Shown piece after piece: positions 62,271 to 64,000 of a stretch of DNA of 64,000 nucleotides. Source of the stretch: Lama guanicoe (taxonomy: Eukaryota); contig MU057348.1 in assembly GCA_013239625.1 (NCBI GenBank), positions 10,083,825 to 10,147,824 on the forward strand, written 5' to 3'. The notes under the pieces are model-generated. The model was not told the origin of the DNA. It ran no database searches and saw nothing but the letters and a program-made list of their open reading frames with translations. Position 1 is the first letter of the stretch, and each line of letters starts with the position of its first letter. A program made the translations under genes and the position numbers.

Positions 62271-63924
62271 AAATAATACTCATTAAATGACAGCACTTAT
62301 GATTACATCTTAGAACAAAATTAAAACAGAGGGCACAACTATTTGCGGTACATTTCAGATGCTGCACACGGCCCAGTTTGCATTCAGACTACCATTCTGT
62401 GTATTTCCAGGGCAATGTGGATGTACATGGCTGGCATATACCTTCTAAATATTGGGGTGATCCAAAACCCCAAATTTTGTTATGAGCGTCACCTTTCAGC
62501 CTTCTCCCAGCAAGTCTCCAAGCAGAGCTGCGGGTCCACTAACATGGCTTTTGCTAACTGTCTTCTTTTACTTGTTCTTCTTCCCTACCTCCATGCCCCC
62601 TGGGGAAGAAATCTTAGAAACTCAAAACACTAAAAAGAGGCAGGAGAGATCTGAGCCAGAACAAAGGTGGTGGATTACCTATGCACTGATTAACTAAAGT
62701 TGGCTGTTCCTGAAACGGCACCTGACGCTACTGTGTATTAGCTGAAAAGATCTACATCCTCCTTTCCGTGCTGAGTGTGTGGCAGCAGTCTCCAAGTTTT
62801 GCTTTTTATCACAGCTTAATGCATATTTATGTATGAAGCACAAGAACCAGGCCCACTGATCTTCTCTGTTGTCTAAGAACAATACAACACTTCTTCTCAA
62901 ACATTTTGCAAGGAACTAACACATTCTTACCCACTGGGCTGGAAATGGGACCCCTAAGAAGAATGAGGCAGGCTGCATGGCCAATGAAATGGGCAAGAAA
63001 TGGAAAGCTTGTCCGGACACTGGCACAATAATACTCTCGGAGAAACAAGGTTCTGAACCTTTCACCGATCCAACCAGAGTTTGCAAAGTGACTTCACTGT
63101 ATCCTCCTCTGTCTGATCCCACTGGAAGATATGATCCTGGTCCTTGAGAACTGTATCATTTATTAACACCAACAAAACACATACTTGAAAGAAACAGAAG
63201 TCAACTAAGCACTTAATGGGTGATACTGACTAATAAGTGGAAGAAGAGTTTCCAGAAAGGGGAATCAATGTGAGCTGCTGATGCCGAAAAAGTCTGCGTG
63301 AAGACAGAGGTTAAGCTAAGCTATGGAGGATGAGTAAAATTTCAGTAAAAGAAGGAATGGAGGAAGGATGTTGGAAAGTTCTGACAACATCCTTGTGTTT
63401 GTGGGGGAAGGTGGGATTGGGGAGGAAGATTCAAGCGCAAGGAGGTGCCGATAAGTAAGGTACAGGCTACCCACTCAAAATCTCCACCGCCATACTCTAT
63501 GTCACTCAGTCCTCTCCTCAATTTCCCTCCTCTCTCACGTCATCCTTCACACTTTTCTTCTGTGGGTAACTTTAAATTTCCTCTATTCTCCACCCCCGTT
63601 ACTGACAGACTTGAAATTATTTCTAATGTTTTGCATATGGAAGTCTTTGCTTCCAAACAGAAGCAAAGACCTCTGTGAGTTCCCAGCACAAGGCAGAATG
63701 CATGCTCAGTGAATGCTACCCAGTGGCTGAAATTGAATTTATTTCCCTCCACATTCAGCCCCTGAGAGGACCCAAGAGTTCCATGACTGCTGTCTCGGCA
63801 TTTTGAACAAAAGAGTTGGGGACCAAAGTGTTGCCCCCAAAACTGCAGAAGAGTCCTGGGGGGAGAAAAAAGCTCTGAAATTGTAGGTTCACTTGATCGC
63901 TAGCATTGAAAGTATTCATTTTGT

Positions 63925-63988
63925 CTGTCTCTCTCTGTTTCTCTTTCTTTCTTTCCTTCTCTTTATTTATTTTCTTTGATTTCTTTCA
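63925..63988. repeat. CT-rich low-complexity tract, possibly the tail of an element beyond the window
   Basis: Direct observation. Confidence 0.7.
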
Positions 63989-64000
63989 GAATTTCCCACA

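Overview
Mammalian non-coding genomic DNA, very probably camelid (alpaca/llama/camel): it carries a tRNA-derived Vic-1-type SINE and cetartiodactyl-type L1 3' ends. The window opens in a partly N-masked CpG-island promoter with a candidate minus-strand splice donor. The remaining ~63 kb is intergenic or intronic, with no supportable host protein-coding exon. It is filled with MIR, L2, L4, L1, MLT1/LTR16 LTRs and DNA-transposon fossils (MER3, MER5, MER20, MER45A, MER63A, MER96, MER103C, Charlie1, a near full-length Tigger1), plus several enhancer-like unique stretches. Two things stand out. (1) At 56058-56483 (minus) is a TSD-flanked ~430 bp mini-L1 in which the first ~165 nt of an L1 5'UTR join directly to the distal 3'UTR, exactly at an AG that has a perfect TACTAAC branch point in the window's other L1 copies. 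It looks like a retrotransposed, spliced, ORF-less L1 RNA and may belong to an undescribed non-autonomous family. (2) Two separate MER20 fossils each captured a 155-260 bp copy of DNA lying 1.0-1.5 kb upstream, at the same nucleotide of the element, and a third related element has a deletion at that spot. This suggests a recurrent break/templated-repair hotspot inside MER20. Repeat names come from my recollection of consensus sequences, not from a RepeatMasker run; subfamily calls and the boundaries of old repeats are approximate.
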